From: Promethearchaeota archaeon
Lineage (GTDB): Archaea > Asgardarchaeota > Lokiarchaeia > Sigyniarchaeales > SOKP01
NCBI GenBank assembly: GCA_019058365.1
Contig: JAHPZE010000021.1
Span: 1-64,000 of the forward strand
Length of the DNA: 64,000 nt
Reading direction: 5' to 3'
Shown: positions 29,105 through 39,893 of the stretch, one piece after another
Layout of the letters: every line of letters starts with the position of its first letter
How positions within the stretch are numbered: position 1 is the first letter of the stretch
Notes under the pieces: model-generated
What the model saw: the letters and a program-made list of their open reading frames with translations, nothing else
Database searches by the model: none
Told to the model about the DNA's origin: nothing
Translations under genes and position numbers: made by a program

Positions 29105-30244
29105 TTATTTTATAGAACTTATATTTTTCACTACTTGTGTTCTAAAAAATTCTTTATTATGTGTTTTCAAATGTCGATTTCTTAAGATTTGAGCATTCTT
29201 GCAATACTTATCATAATTATGAGCAATTTCAATAATCTTTTCAGCTATTATTTTTGGATCTGAAAAGTCTTCTAAAACAAGTTCAGTATAGGGATTAAAT
29301 AATGATTTTATATTTCCCGCCTTATTTGTTAAAATGACTTTCCCCTTAATAATTCCCTCAAGCATTTTAATAGGAACTGTTGAGGGACATATATTATTAA
29401 CCATCGGAAGAATTAACACATGCTCAGTATCGATTATTTTTGAGACCATTTGGTGTGGTTGAGATCCTAAAAATTGAAAATTATCATTAAGATTAAGATT
29501 GTTTACTTTATTTTGAATTTCCGCTCTAGTAGGACCATCCCCTACTAATTTTATTATGATTGGAAATCCCTTATCTTTTAATATTTTAGCAGCATCTATT
29601 AACGGAGCAAGTTTATCATACTTATGAAATCTTCCCGTATAACCAACTATTAAAGGTTTGCCATCATTGAAATTATAGGTTAACTCTCTTGTTGTTAAAA
29701 AATAATTCTGAACATAATAAGGTGCAATTACTATTTTTAAAGAATCCCCTCCATACTTTGCAACAATCTTTTCTGCTTGTTTATTCTCAACAAAGATAAG
29801 ATCAGCGCTATGAACAAGAAATTTCTCAAATTGAAATTCTAATTTCAGTAAAATTTTAGTTAGAACGCTAAACTTAGGTTTGTAAGAGGGATTTTTATAA
29901 AAAGCACTTCTTTCAATAGTGGAAAATGGAGTACATCCCATATTGAGGATAAATTTGTGTTTCATTACTTTTTTTAAAAAAATAGGAATAAATCCTGGGC
30001 GAGTAGCTCTTATAACAAATACTTGATGCGGTTTTAGTGATAACTTTACTAGTTTCAGAATCATTTTTAAAGAATTCAAAAAACTCAGTGAACTATCTTC
30101 ATTTCTATTTGGAAACACCTTAATAATATTGAAACTTGAGGGAATTGAGATAATAAATTTGTTATCATTAATACAACCCCCATAAGAAAGATCGCTCAAA
30201 TTTGAATGAGTACAGTAATAAATATTTTGTGCTCTATCTTTCAT
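29105..30244 (-). CDS. Glycosyltransferase family 4
   Basis: YTGRF..YDK, VGDGP, PIKMLEG; GT-B C-terminal domain. Confidence 0.8.
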   Translation of the reverse strand: MKDRAQNIYYCTHSNLSDLSYGGCINDNKFIISIPSSFNIIKVFPNRNEDSSLSFLNSLKMILKLVKLSLKPHQVFVIRATRPGFIPIFLKKVMKHKFILNMGCTPFSTIERSAFYKNPSYKPKFSVLTKILLKLEFQFEKFLVHSADLIFVENKQAEKIVAKYGGDSLKIVIAPYYVQNYFLTTRELTYNFNDGKPLIVGYTGRFHKYDKLAPLIDAAKILKDKGFPIIIKLVGDGPTRAEIQNKVNNLNLNDNFQFLGSQPHQMVSKIIDTEHVLILPMVNNICPSTVPIKMLEGIIKGKVILTNKAGNIKSLFNPYTELVLEDFSDPKIIAEKIIEIAHNYDKYCKNAQILRNRHLKTHNKEFFRTQVVKNISSIK

Positions 30245-30595
30245 AACTCCTTCCTAAAAAATTTTATACAGATTCAGTCTCATTTTTAAGGATATAAATT
30301 ATAACATTGGTTTAAATAAAAAAATTTGTAAAAGTCTTAAAAACCCTACGTTTTAAAGTAAAAGGTTAAATTTTTGAATTTTCTTTATGATTTAAATTTT
30401 AAACTGATATATTTAATTAATTTGACGCAACCATTCCATTATTTGAATAATTTCAGAGTTTTGAATTAATTAGGTGTGAATACAAAAATAGAATTTGTTT
30501 TTAACTTTAATAAATTTAGGGAAAATTAACCAAAAACCATTGAGTCAGGTAGATGAAATTTGAGATAATAATTAAGAATTTAAAATCCTTTAATA

Positions 30596-31276
30596 CTACT
30601 TTATTTTTCTTATTGCGAAACTTAATTTTCTATCAGTTTCATGGGTTAAATAAATAAATTCCCAATCAAATTTTATACAAAATTGGTTTACAGCTTTTAC
30701 CACGCCATATGCTAGTGCTTTATTAATATTTCCTTGACAATAATCATGACCCGCTATTATTCCACCATCTTTTACTTTCATTCGACATAATTCCAGCTCT
30801 TTTATTGTTTGCTTGTAAGAATGTGTTGTATCGATATATACCCAGTCAAAATAACCATTCTCAAATTTCTTTAATTCTTTCTCGGATGTACCTCTTATTA
30901 TAATAACTCTTCCAGCATCTATTTCTTTTTGAAATCTTTTTCTAACATAATGCATTTTATTCTTATCAAATCTTTCTGAATCCCATATATCTATCAAATA
31001 TAGCTTTTTTGGATGTGTCAAAGAAATAATTTTATTTGAAAAATCTCCTTTATCAACGCCTAGTTCGGTAATAATACCATTTTTTGGGAGAAATTTTAAC
31101 AATATCTCTCTATTAAGGACTACTTTGAGATCTTTAATATTTTTTTGATTTAATCTTACTTGGTTTTCAAAATTTGTATCAGAAATAACTTTACTTCTAC
31201 GTATTATTATATTAAATCCAAACAAGTGTACTACTTTTTGGATAATAGAATAGCTTTTTTTAAGTACTTTTAACAT
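30596..31276 (-). CDS. Class I SAM methyltransferase (Methyltransf_24-like, glycan-modifying)
   Basis: ELGVDKG, LIDIW, FDWVYIDTTHSY, GGIIAGHDY. Confidence 0.85.
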   Translation of the reverse strand: MLKVLKKSYSIIQKVVHLFGFNIIIRRSKVISDTNFENQVRLNQKNIKDLKVVLNREILLKFLPKNGIITELGVDKGDFSNKIISLTHPKKLYLIDIWDSERFDKNKMHYVRKRFQKEIDAGRVIIIRGTSEKELKKFENGYFDWVYIDTTHSYKQTIKELELCRMKVKDGGIIAGHDYCQGNINKALAYGVVKAVNQFCIKFDWEFIYLTHETDRKLSFAIRKIK

Positions 31277-31408
31277 AATTATTTTATTTATTTTTTTGGT
31301 TTAAATTTAACTAATTTTTCCTCTCTCATTCCTGTCTTCTATGAGATTAAACCAAAGTTTTATTGACAATATCAATTAGAGATAGAAAATTTTAGCTTTT
31401 TAAGTAAC

Positions 31409-32920
31409 TCAAGTGTTTAATGTTTGTTTTTTTTTAAAAAATCGGTTAATGAATTCAATAAGAAATTCTCTCCTAAATATCAATATCAAGCAAAAATATG
31501 CAATAATTCCTATTGAAATATGATAAAATGATTGAAATAAATATGATGAAGTCCAGTAAACCATACCTCCTAATAGACTTATAAATAAAGCAGAAACACT
31601 AAATAATAGAAATATTCCAAAAGATTTTATATATTCTGTAAAACAAGGCCCTAATACCTTCTTTATTAAAAAATGGTAGAAAAAGTAAAAGAGGAGGAAG
31701 TTAGAAAGTAAAAAAGAAAATGCTACCCCATTAATTCCCCCAAAATAAATCCCAAGTAATATTATAAAAGGCTGAATTATTGCTACGAGTGCATTCCATA
31801 AGAATCCCAACCTTGCATATCCTTTTGCAAGTAAAAGAGAACCTATTGGATTACCGATGCATCTAAATAAACCTACCACTGAAAGAATTTGTACTAAAAG
31901 TATCGAAGGATTCCATTGTAAGCCATACAATAAAGGAACAAAGTAGGGTGCAATCAAGATTAACAAGATGTATATCGGAAAGTTGATGGAACTAACGATA
32001 CTTATCAGATTAAAATATTTTTCTTTCAGCATTTTTGTATTATTTTGCATTTTAGAAAAGTATGGAAAGGATACCCGGGTAAAAATTGGGTTAATTAAGG
32101 TAATCGGATATAAAACAAGATTATATGCAATAGTGTAATAACCTAAAGAAACAGTTCCCAAAAACTTCCCAATTAAAATTTTATCAATATTAGAGTTAAA
32201 TAAATTTAAAGAACGTTCACCCATTTGATATAAACCAAACGATAAAAAATTGTTAATTTCTGAAAAATTGAATTCAAATGTTGGTTTCCAGATTTTTAAT
32301 CCAATAAATAACAACAGAGAAGATTTCACTATACTTCTTAATATATATCCTAATACGACTGACATGACACCCCAACCATAATATGCTAATATTATTGAAA
32401 TTACAACTAAAAGTGTTGAAGTTATAAGTTCAATTATTGCAATAGATTTAAATACCAGCTCTTTCCTTAGCAAAGTCTCAAATTGTTGACCTACTGGAAT
32501 GATGAGAAATATTATTGCGGTTATTCTTATGAGAGATGTTAATTCGGGTTTATTATAAAAAATGGAGATTAATGGTGATAATAAATTAAGAATCAAGAAT
32601 ATTAAAAAACCGATTATAAATGTTATCCAAAATAATGTAGATATTTGTCGTTTAGATACATTCTGATAATGTATTACCGCCCCAGAAACACCAACATCCG
32701 AATATGCAATTCCGAATCCAAGAACAATTAAAATCAACCCCATAATACCATATTCTTCAGGTGTGAATAATCGGGCAAGAATTATCATCATAATAAATTG
32801 AATCATTGCGGAATATGTTAGTGAGATTGAATTCCATCGAATTCCTGCATCAGCTATGTGATCCATCATTTTAAAATCAATATCTTCACCCTTATCGAGA
32901 ACATTTTTATCATCATTCAT
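31409..32920 (-). CDS. wzx: Wzx/MOP-family polysaccharide flippase (WzxC-like)
   Basis: ILARLFTPEEYG, D.G...A.I, NIDKILIGKFLG...LGYY..AY, NPIFTRVSFP; polytopic membrane protein. Confidence 0.9.
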   Translation of the reverse strand: MNDDKNVLDKGEDIDFKMMDHIADAGIRWNSISLTYSAMIQFIMMIILARLFTPEEYGIMGLILIVLGFGIAYSDVGVSGAVIHYQNVSKRQISTLFWITFIIGFLIFLILNLLSPLISIFYNKPELTSLIRITAIIFLIIPVGQQFETLLRKELVFKSIAIIELITSTLLVVISIILAYYGWGVMSVVLGYILRSIVKSSLLLFIGLKIWKPTFEFNFSEINNFLSFGLYQMGERSLNLFNSNIDKILIGKFLGTVSLGYYTIAYNLVLYPITLINPIFTRVSFPYFSKMQNNTKMLKEKYFNLISIVSSINFPIYILLILIAPYFVPLLYGLQWNPSILLVQILSVVGLFRCIGNPIGSLLLAKGYARLGFLWNALVAIIQPFIILLGIYFGGINGVAFSFLLSNFLLFYFFYHFLIKKVLGPCFTEYIKSFGIFLLFSVSALFISLLGGMVYWTSSYLFQSFYHISIGIIAYFCLILIFRREFLIEFINRFFKKKQTLNT

Positions 32921-33104
32921 AAAATCAACACTTGGGATGAAATGAATATAAAACGAAGGTAAGTTAGTTTTTAAACTTTACATAAAACTTAAAATTTAAT
33001 CGTTAAATACCTAAATAAATTTATTTAATTAAAGTTATTGATATAAAATTTTCAAGGAAAAAGGTTTATTTAGTATATTTCGCAAAATACAATAGGTAAT
33101 ATAA

Positions 33105-34112
33105 ATGGGGAAAGAAAAAATTTTATTATTCCATAAAGTTAATAGAAGTTTTATAGAAAAAGATTATCAAATCTTAAGCGAGAAATATAATATTAAAAAA
33201 ATAATGATTAATTTTAAAAATATTAAAAATTCTTTAAATTTAATAAAAGCCTTTATTTATATTTTTAATTATTCAATAGTATTTTTCTGGTTTGCTAGCC
33301 CAATTTTCCTTCCCTTTGTAATTCTTTCTAAGATATTGGGTAAGAAAAGGATTGTTGTAGCAGGAGGCTACGATGTAGCTTATGCTAAATATAAAACATA
33401 TAAATATGGATTGAGAAATCGACTTTTTCAGAAATATATAGTATCCTTAATTTTAAACAATTCAACAGCCGTATTTCCAGTTTCAAATTATACTAAAAAG
33501 GAAGTGTTGAGTTTTTCTAAACCAAAAAACATTAAAACAATATATAACGGGATAAATATAGAGAATTTTAACAAAATTAAAGGAATAGAAAAAGAAAATA
33601 TAGTTATAACCGTTGCCTCAGATATAGGAAACCAATATTATAAAAAAGGTTTAGGAACTTTTGTAGATATTGCTAAAAAAATGCCAAAAACTAAATTTTT
33701 CCTAATTGGTAAATGTAATACAAAACATAAACTTGTCAAAAGAATATTAAAAAGTAAACCTAAGAATTTAACTCTATTAGATTTTATAAATCAAGATGTT
33801 TTAATAAAATTATATTCAAAAGCAAAAGTTTATGCACAATTATCTCTTCATGAAAGTTTCGGGTTAGCTTTAGCTGAGGCGATGTTATGTGAGTGTGTTC
33901 CAGTAATCGCAAACACAAGTGCATTGCCTGAAGTTGTAGGTAAAGTGGGGTATACTATAAAATATAACGATGTAGAGGAGTCTATTAAAAAGATTACTGA
34001 GGCATTGAATTCTTCAAAAGAGCGTCAAAAACAAGCAAGAGAGAGAATAATCAAAAACTTCTCTTTAACAAGGAGGAAACAAGAAATATTGAGGTTCATA
34101 AACAATTTATGA
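33105..34112 (+). CDS. Glycosyltransferase family 4
   Basis: GYD, VS.YT, IYNGI, KKG, ESFGLALAEAM (E-x7-E). Confidence 0.9.
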   Translation: MGKEKILLFHKVNRSFIEKDYQILSEKYNIKKIMINFKNIKNSLNLIKAFIYIFNYSIVFFWFASPIFLPFVILSKILGKKRIVVAGGYDVAYAKYKTYKYGLRNRLFQKYIVSLILNNSTAVFPVSNYTKKEVLSFSKPKNIKTIYNGINIENFNKIKGIEKENIVITVASDIGNQYYKKGLGTFVDIAKKMPKTKFFLIGKCNTKHKLVKRILKSKPKNLTLLDFINQDVLIKLYSKAKVYAQLSLHESFGLALAEAMLCECVPVIANTSALPEVVGKVGYTIKYNDVEESIKKITEALNSSKERQKQARERIIKNFSLTRRKQEILRFINNL

Positions 34113-34297
34113 GATAAAAGAGATATAAAGCCGCTAAAAAGATTCTCAAAAGTTATAATAAAATCGATTTTTATGGTATAGCTCCATCAAACCCTTATTT
34201 AAAGTACTCAAAAATTAATTTCACAAAAACCTCAATTTGGACAATTATAAAGATATAACAGAAAAAAGGGTCTCAATTTTTTAATTAATATATATTA

Positions 34298-35134
34298 TCA
34301 TTTAAAAAAAATCCTTTTGATCTTCTTAAACAAATATAATATTATACATAGAGAGAGCATAGGAATTAATTTTCTTAAGATTATATATGAAGATCCGAAT
34401 TCACGCGATGCTAAATTAATCGGAACTTCCTCAATTTTATAACCAAGTAAAGCAGCTTGTAATATTAATTCTGTTGTAAATGCATATCCATTAAATCTAA
34501 TATTTTCAAAGATTTTTTCAGTCTTTCTACGAAGTGCTCTAAAACCACATTGATTATTTTTTACTTTTTGTCCAAAAAAAAGAAGTATTATTACTTCCAA
34601 TAATGCTTCTCCGAGCCTTGTAGCTATAGGTAATTTATAATTGAAGGTTCCTTTATATCTCGATCCAATAGTGATATCAGCATCTCCATTAAAAATAGGT
34701 TTTAATAAATTTATTATATCTTCTGCTCTATGCTGGCCATCTGAATCCATTGTGATTAAAATGTCCCCTTTACTATGGCGAATACCCGTAAGAAGCGCTT
34801 TTCCATATCCCTGATTAAATTTATGCTCTACAATATGAATTCCTTCATTATGCTTAATCTTTTTCATCTCATTTAAACTTGAATCTGTGGAATGATCATC
34901 AACTACAATTACTTCAATCAATTCACATTTTGGGAGATTTTCTAATACATATTTAATAGTATTTTCTTCATTATAAACAGGGAGAATAATAGAAATAAAC
35001 ATTTGATTGTTTTCATTTTTATATTTTTTTAAATAGTCGTAAAGTAATTTAAAGTTATCATTTTTTCTCGAGTTCTTCTTATCTCGACTTTCCAATAAGG
35101 AGCTTTTTTCTATGTCTAAGGATGGAGTTGTCAA
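34298..35134 (-). CDS. Glycosyltransferase family 2 (DPM1-like polyprenol-phosphate glycosyltransferase)
   Basis: PVYNEE, VDDHSTD, NQGYG, DSDGQH, GSRY, QCGFRA. Confidence 0.9.
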   Translation of the reverse strand: MTTPSLDIEKSSLLESRDKKNSRKNDNFKLLYDYLKKYKNENNQMFISIILPVYNEENTIKYVLENLPKCELIEVIVVDDHSTDSSLNEMKKIKHNEGIHIVEHKFNQGYGKALLTGIRHSKGDILITMDSDGQHRAEDIINLLKPIFNGDADITIGSRYKGTFNYKLPIATRLGEALLEVIILLFFGQKVKNNQCGFRALRRKTEKIFENIRFNGYAFTTELILQAALLGYKIEEVPINLASREFGSSYIILRKLIPMLSLCIILYLFKKIKRIFFK

Positions 35135-35374
35135 AATATTTGCTATTTTTGAAGAGTTGCAATTTTCAATATTTCGATATTAATATTAATTTGATTATAT
35201 TTAATTTTAATTTTTTGGATTCATAGAAACCTAGAAAACAAAAAATAATTTAAGATTTTTCTTAAAAAGCCTCAAGTTTCATTAATCTACTCCAGGAATA
35301 AATTCAAAATACCAAAGTATTAATTTTATAATTCCACATTTAAAATTAGATGTAGTAATTTTGGTGATATAATT

Positions 35375-36517
35375 ATAAACATCGTATTTGTGGCTCCATT
35401 TTTTAATGAAAAACCAAATAGAAAATCAAGCTTAATTTTATTGGTTAAAGAATTATCAAAATACGTTGATATAACTATTATATCATCAAAAGTCGAAGGA
35501 ACTAAGAGTAAAGAAATTTTAAACTCTAATTTACGAATTTATAGGTTTACACCGACAATTTATTTACCAAAATTACCTTATACCTTTGATTTTTTATTAA
35601 TTAAAAAAATCATCAAAATTTTAAAAAAACAGAAAATTGATATAATAATTGGATATAGCCTCCAATTTTTTTCATGCTTTTCAGCAGCAATAGTAGCTAA
35701 GATACTCAGAATTCCTTTTATTTGCCGAATAGTAGGAGCAAGTAGTACTACTAATAAGAATGGGATCGAAATTCTCTCAAAATTATATGATAAAACTTTT
35801 GCAAAAATAACGTTAAAACTAGCCAATAAAATATTAGTACAAACTAAAAGTATGATCTCTAGACCCCTAAAATTAAGAGCACCTCTTCAAAAAATTTCTA
35901 TTGTTGAGGATGGAATTGATTTTGCACGATTTTCTGGAATTACTGACACAGAAGCGCTTAGAAAAAGATTGAAAATACAAAAATCGGAAATTGTTATCAC
36001 ATTTATTAGCAGAATTTTTGAATTAAAGGGTATTGAGGATTTAATAGTTGTTTCAAAACAAATCTTGAATGAGTATGAAAATGTAGTTTTTCTTATTGCT
36101 GGAAAAGGATCTTTAGAAAAAAAATTAGAGAATGAGGCTAAAATGACAAAAAATCTTGTTTACTTAGGATTTAGAAAGGATGTTCCTAATCTTCTAGCTA
36201 TTAGTGACATATATGTATTACCTTCCTATAGTGAAGGTTTATCTCCAGCAATATTAGAAGCTATGGCAAGTGGTTTACCGGTTGTTACAACAAACGTAGG
36301 TTCAAATCCGGATATCAATATAAATGGAAAGTATGGGAATTTAATAAATCCCGGTGATCAATCTCAGCTAAAAAAAAATATTATCAATCTTATTCAAAAT
36401 GAATCATTACGAAAAGAAATGGGTATTTTAAATAAAAAAAATATCCAAGAAAATTTTGATTTGAAAATAACAACCTTAAAATTCTTAGGAGAAATTAAAA
36501 AGCTTCTTGTAATTTAA
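35375..36517 (+). CDS. Glycosyltransferase family 4 (ORF track start 35390; possible ATA start 35375)
   Basis: SRIFELKG, GFRKDV, SEGLSPAILEAMASGLPVV. The N-terminal beta strand NIVFVAP extends upstream of the GTG. Confidence 0.9.
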   Translation: MNIVFVAPFFNEKPNRKSSLILLVKELSKYVDITIISSKVEGTKSKEILNSNLRIYRFTPTIYLPKLPYTFDFLLIKKIIKILKKQKIDIIIGYSLQFFSCFSAAIVAKILRIPFICRIVGASSTTNKNGIEILSKLYDKTFAKITLKLANKILVQTKSMISRPLKLRAPLQKISIVEDGIDFARFSGITDTEALRKRLKIQKSEIVITFISRIFELKGIEDLIVVSKQILNEYENVVFLIAGKGSLEKKLENEAKMTKNLVYLGFRKDVPNLLAISDIYVLPSYSEGLSPAILEAMASGLPVVTTNVGSNPDININGKYGNLINPGDQSQLKKNIINLIQNESLRKEMGILNKKNIQENFDLKITTLKFLGEIKKLLVI

Positions 36518-36534
36518 AAAACTCTATTATTTAG

Positions 36535-37806
36535 TTGCCTGAACAGATAAAAATGAAGAATCGAAATGTTATTTTGGGAATTGATGGAATACCTTTTGAA
36601 TTAATGAGATCACTATCAGATAAAGGTGTTATGCCAAATTTTAAAGAGCTAAAGAATTCATATTATTTTAAAGAGATGAAATCATCGATACCCCATATAT
36701 CATCTGTTTCATGGAGTTCAATTATAACTGGAACAAATCCTGGAGAACATGGAATTTTTGGATTCTCCGAATTAATACCAGGGACATATAGTCTTAGCTA
36801 TCCAAATTTTAATGCTCTAAAAAGTAAAGCCTTTTGGCATCAAGAAAGTGAAAAAAGACATATCATCATTAATGTTCCGGCAACTTATCCAGCAAAAATT
36901 CTTAACGGTATCCATATAGCTGGATTTGTAGCATTGGATTTAGAAAAAGCAGTATACCCAAAAACATGTATTCCTAGTCTAAAAAAATTAGAATATGTCA
37001 TTGACATTGATTCAAGTCTAGCTCATAAACAGTCTAAAGATATTTTATTCGATGAGCTTATGAGAGTTTTAGAAATAAGAAAAAAGACTTATCAATTCTT
37101 TTGGAATAAACTTAATTGGAATAATTTTATGGTTGTAATTACAAGTTCAGACAGATTTGGACATTTCTTATGGAATACATATGCAAATACTGATAATAAA
37201 TTACATTCGAGAGCTTTACAATTCTTTCAAAAAATAGATGATTTTATCGGCGATATTAAAGATAAATTAAAAGAAAATGATAATTTTATTATATTATCTG
37301 ATCATGGAATGGAAGAAACAAAACAAAACATGAATTTAAATACGTACCTAGAACAAGAAGGTTTTCTTAAACTTTCTGATAAACATAAAAATTATAACCG
37401 CATCGCAAAAGGCACAAAAGCTTTTGTATTAGATCCAGGACGAGTTTATCTTAATAAAAAAGGGCGTTATCCTAACGGTTCAATATCTAACTTAGAAGAA
37501 AAAGACATAATTGAAGAACTAAAAAAGATATTTTATGATTTAAAATATCAAAACCAAAGAGTAATTAGAACAATTCATGAAAAGAATGATATATATAGTG
37601 GAGTTAATATTGATAAAGCACCTGATTTAGTAGTTTTAGAAAACTCCGGATTTTGTCCAAAAGGCGGAATTGGAAAAAATGTCATTTTTGAACAAGATAA
37701 TCTATCTGGAATGCATAATGATAGTGCTTTTCTTTTTATTAATAAAGAAATTAATTTAGAATTACCAAAAGTTCAAGATGTAGTAGGTTTATTAGGAGGA
37801 AATTAA
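36535..37806 (+). CDS. Alkaline phosphatase superfamily / type I phosphodiesterase-like protein (likely start at MKNRNV)
   Basis: LGIDG, WSSIITGTNPGEHGIFGF, DRFGH, SDHG, APDL, SGMH. Confidence 0.85.
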   Translation: MPEQIKMKNRNVILGIDGIPFELMRSLSDKGVMPNFKELKNSYYFKEMKSSIPHISSVSWSSIITGTNPGEHGIFGFSELIPGTYSLSYPNFNALKSKAFWHQESEKRHIIINVPATYPAKILNGIHIAGFVALDLEKAVYPKTCIPSLKKLEYVIDIDSSLAHKQSKDILFDELMRVLEIRKKTYQFFWNKLNWNNFMVVITSSDRFGHFLWNTYANTDNKLHSRALQFFQKIDDFIGDIKDKLKENDNFIILSDHGMEETKQNMNLNTYLEQEGFLKLSDKHKNYNRIAKGTKAFVLDPGRVYLNKKGRYPNGSISNLEEKDIIEELKKIFYDLKYQNQRVIRTIHEKNDIYSGVNIDKAPDLVVLENSGFCPKGGIGKNVIFEQDNLSGMHNDSAFLFINKEINLELPKVQDVVGLLGGN

Positions 37807-37807
37807 A

Positions 37808-39325
37808 ATGGATAACATACATAATTCCGATAAAACTTGTTGGAATTGCCCCGCAGCTAAATTAATGGGAAACATTGATTTTAGAGCTTGTGGTCAAGCA
37901 CGTGAATTTAAAAGTGGTTCAGATGAGGAAGGAGAGATTGTAATAGAATGTCGGAGGCGACCTGAATTAGGATATTTTGAACCAAATATCACATTTGAGC
38001 AATGTCCAGAGTGGATTGCTTCTGAATATGGATATCTTCTAAAAAATATGAAAGTAATGATTCTAGGAATTGATGGGTATTTAGGATGGACCTTGGCATT
38101 AAAATTAGGAAAATTGGGATTTCAAATCAGCGGTCTTGATAATTACACTCGCCGTGATTGTGTAATGGAAAAGGGTGCACATACAATTATACCTATAGAG
38201 AGAATGACACAACGATTAAAACTGGCGAGTGATATTTTTGGAATAAATATTAATTTCCGAAAAATTGATTTGCTTGACGCACCGAAGGTCAGAGAATTTT
38301 TAGAAGAAGTTAAACCAGAAGCTATAGTTCATTATGGTGAAATTCCAAGTGCTCCATACAGTATGGCTGATTCTGAACATGCTGTTAGGGTACAAGAAAA
38401 CAATGTAATAGGAACTTTGAAACTTTTGTGGATCATAAAAGATGTTATACCAGAGACTTGCCTAATTAAATTAGGGACCATGGGTGAGTATGGTTCCCCT
38501 TTAACTGGAAGACCTCTCTTTGAAGGCTTATTCCCTGCAGATGCTATTATTAAATGGGACGAACGTGAATGGAGTTTGGGGGGAGAGACAACACCCAGAG
38601 ATCCAGTTAGTTTTTATCATGCAAGTAAGGTTCAAGATACCTTTAATGTATTAGAAGCCTGTAAATATTGGTGGTTACGTTCATATGATGTTATGCAAGG
38701 TGTTATTTATGGGGTTTATACAGAAGAATTGGTTGTAGACAAGAGACTAAGGACGAGATATGATATAGATGAGTGGTTTGGTACAGTTATAAATAGATTT
38801 GTGGCACAAGCAGTAGCAGGAATACCATTGACAATTTATGGGCAAGGTGAACAAATAAGAGGATTTATAGCGCTAAATGATGCGATGCAATGCATGATTA
38901 GATTAATAGTTTCTCCACCGGAACCAGGACAATATGATGTAGTTAATCAAGTTTCTGGATTATACAAAATAAACGACTTAGCAGAAGCTGTTGCTAAAAT
39001 CGGTAATACAAAATTTAACTTGAATGTAACGATACAAAGAATTGAAAATCCTAGAGTAGAAGCAGACAATCATCCACTGGAAGTAGTTTCTAGAAAATTA
39101 CCTCGTTTTTTTGGATTTACCCCTCAAATACATTTAGAAGAAGAAATTGAGAGAATGATTGAAGTTTTACTAGAAGAAGAAATAAAAAATCGGATTGATT
39201 TGAAAAAACATACAATTTTACCTGTGACTACGTGGCAAGGAGAAAAGAGAAAAATGCAAGAGTTAGAAAAGTACGAACCCGGGACAAAAGAATCTAAAGG
39301 TTATAAACCAATATTTGACACATAA
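37808..39325 (+). CDS. sqdB: UDP-sulfoquinovose synthase (SqdB/SQD1/Agl3) with N-terminal Cys-rich extension
   Basis: GIDGYLGW, SAPYSM, NNVIGTL, KLGTMGEYG, SFYHASKV.D, QGVIYG, FGTVINRF, PLTIYG.G.Q.RG, ENPRVE. Confidence 0.9.
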   Translation: MDNIHNSDKTCWNCPAAKLMGNIDFRACGQAREFKSGSDEEGEIVIECRRRPELGYFEPNITFEQCPEWIASEYGYLLKNMKVMILGIDGYLGWTLALKLGKLGFQISGLDNYTRRDCVMEKGAHTIIPIERMTQRLKLASDIFGININFRKIDLLDAPKVREFLEEVKPEAIVHYGEIPSAPYSMADSEHAVRVQENNVIGTLKLLWIIKDVIPETCLIKLGTMGEYGSPLTGRPLFEGLFPADAIIKWDEREWSLGGETTPRDPVSFYHASKVQDTFNVLEACKYWWLRSYDVMQGVIYGVYTEELVVDKRLRTRYDIDEWFGTVINRFVAQAVAGIPLTIYGQGEQIRGFIALNDAMQCMIRLIVSPPEPGQYDVVNQVSGLYKINDLAEAVAKIGNTKFNLNVTIQRIENPRVEADNHPLEVVSRKLPRFFGFTPQIHLEEEIERMIEVLLEEEIKNRIDLKKHTILPVTTWQGEKRKMQELEKYEPGTKESKGYKPIFDT

Positions 39326-39327
39326 TT

Positions 39328-39642
39328 ATGGAAGTTACAGATAAAAGTTTCGAACAAGAAATCATTAAATCAGAAATCCCCGTATTAATCGAATTTTGGG
39401 CATCTTGGTGCGTCCCCTGCAAAGCAGTGGAATATTTGTTAAAAGAATTGGATAAAGAATACGATGGAAAAATTAAGATTGCCAAATTAAATATCGATAG
39501 ACAGAGAAATACTCCAAAAAAATATGGATTAACAGGCGTTCCGACATTTGCTACCTTTTTAGACGGTGAAATTAAAGAAATGATTGTAGGAGCTCAGACG
39601 AAACAAAATTTAACTAAAATGATTGACAATGTACTGAGATAA
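39328..39642 (+). CDS. trxA: Thioredoxin (WCVPC)
   Basis: PVLIEFWASWCVPCK, GVPT cis-Pro loop, VGA. Confidence 0.9.
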   Translation: MEVTDKSFEQEIIKSEIPVLIEFWASWCVPCKAVEYLLKELDKEYDGKIKIAKLNIDRQRNTPKKYGLTGVPTFATFLDGEIKEMIVGAQTKQNLTKMIDNVLR

Positions 39643-39893
39643 CCAAAGTCTTTATAAAAGACAAATCCAGTTTTACATGTCCGTTTTAAGTGAAATCATC
39701 TTTAACAAAACAATTTTTTTTGATATAATAAAGAATTTCAATTTTTTACAATAATGGAAAGACCTACTTCTCGTCTCTAAGACCATTAGATTTTTATATG
39801 TGAAAATAATCATTTACAATAATTAAAAAAGACGAAAAAAATATAAGGAAATGTAATAATTAATAAGATTAGATCATTAAAAGTAACTTTACC

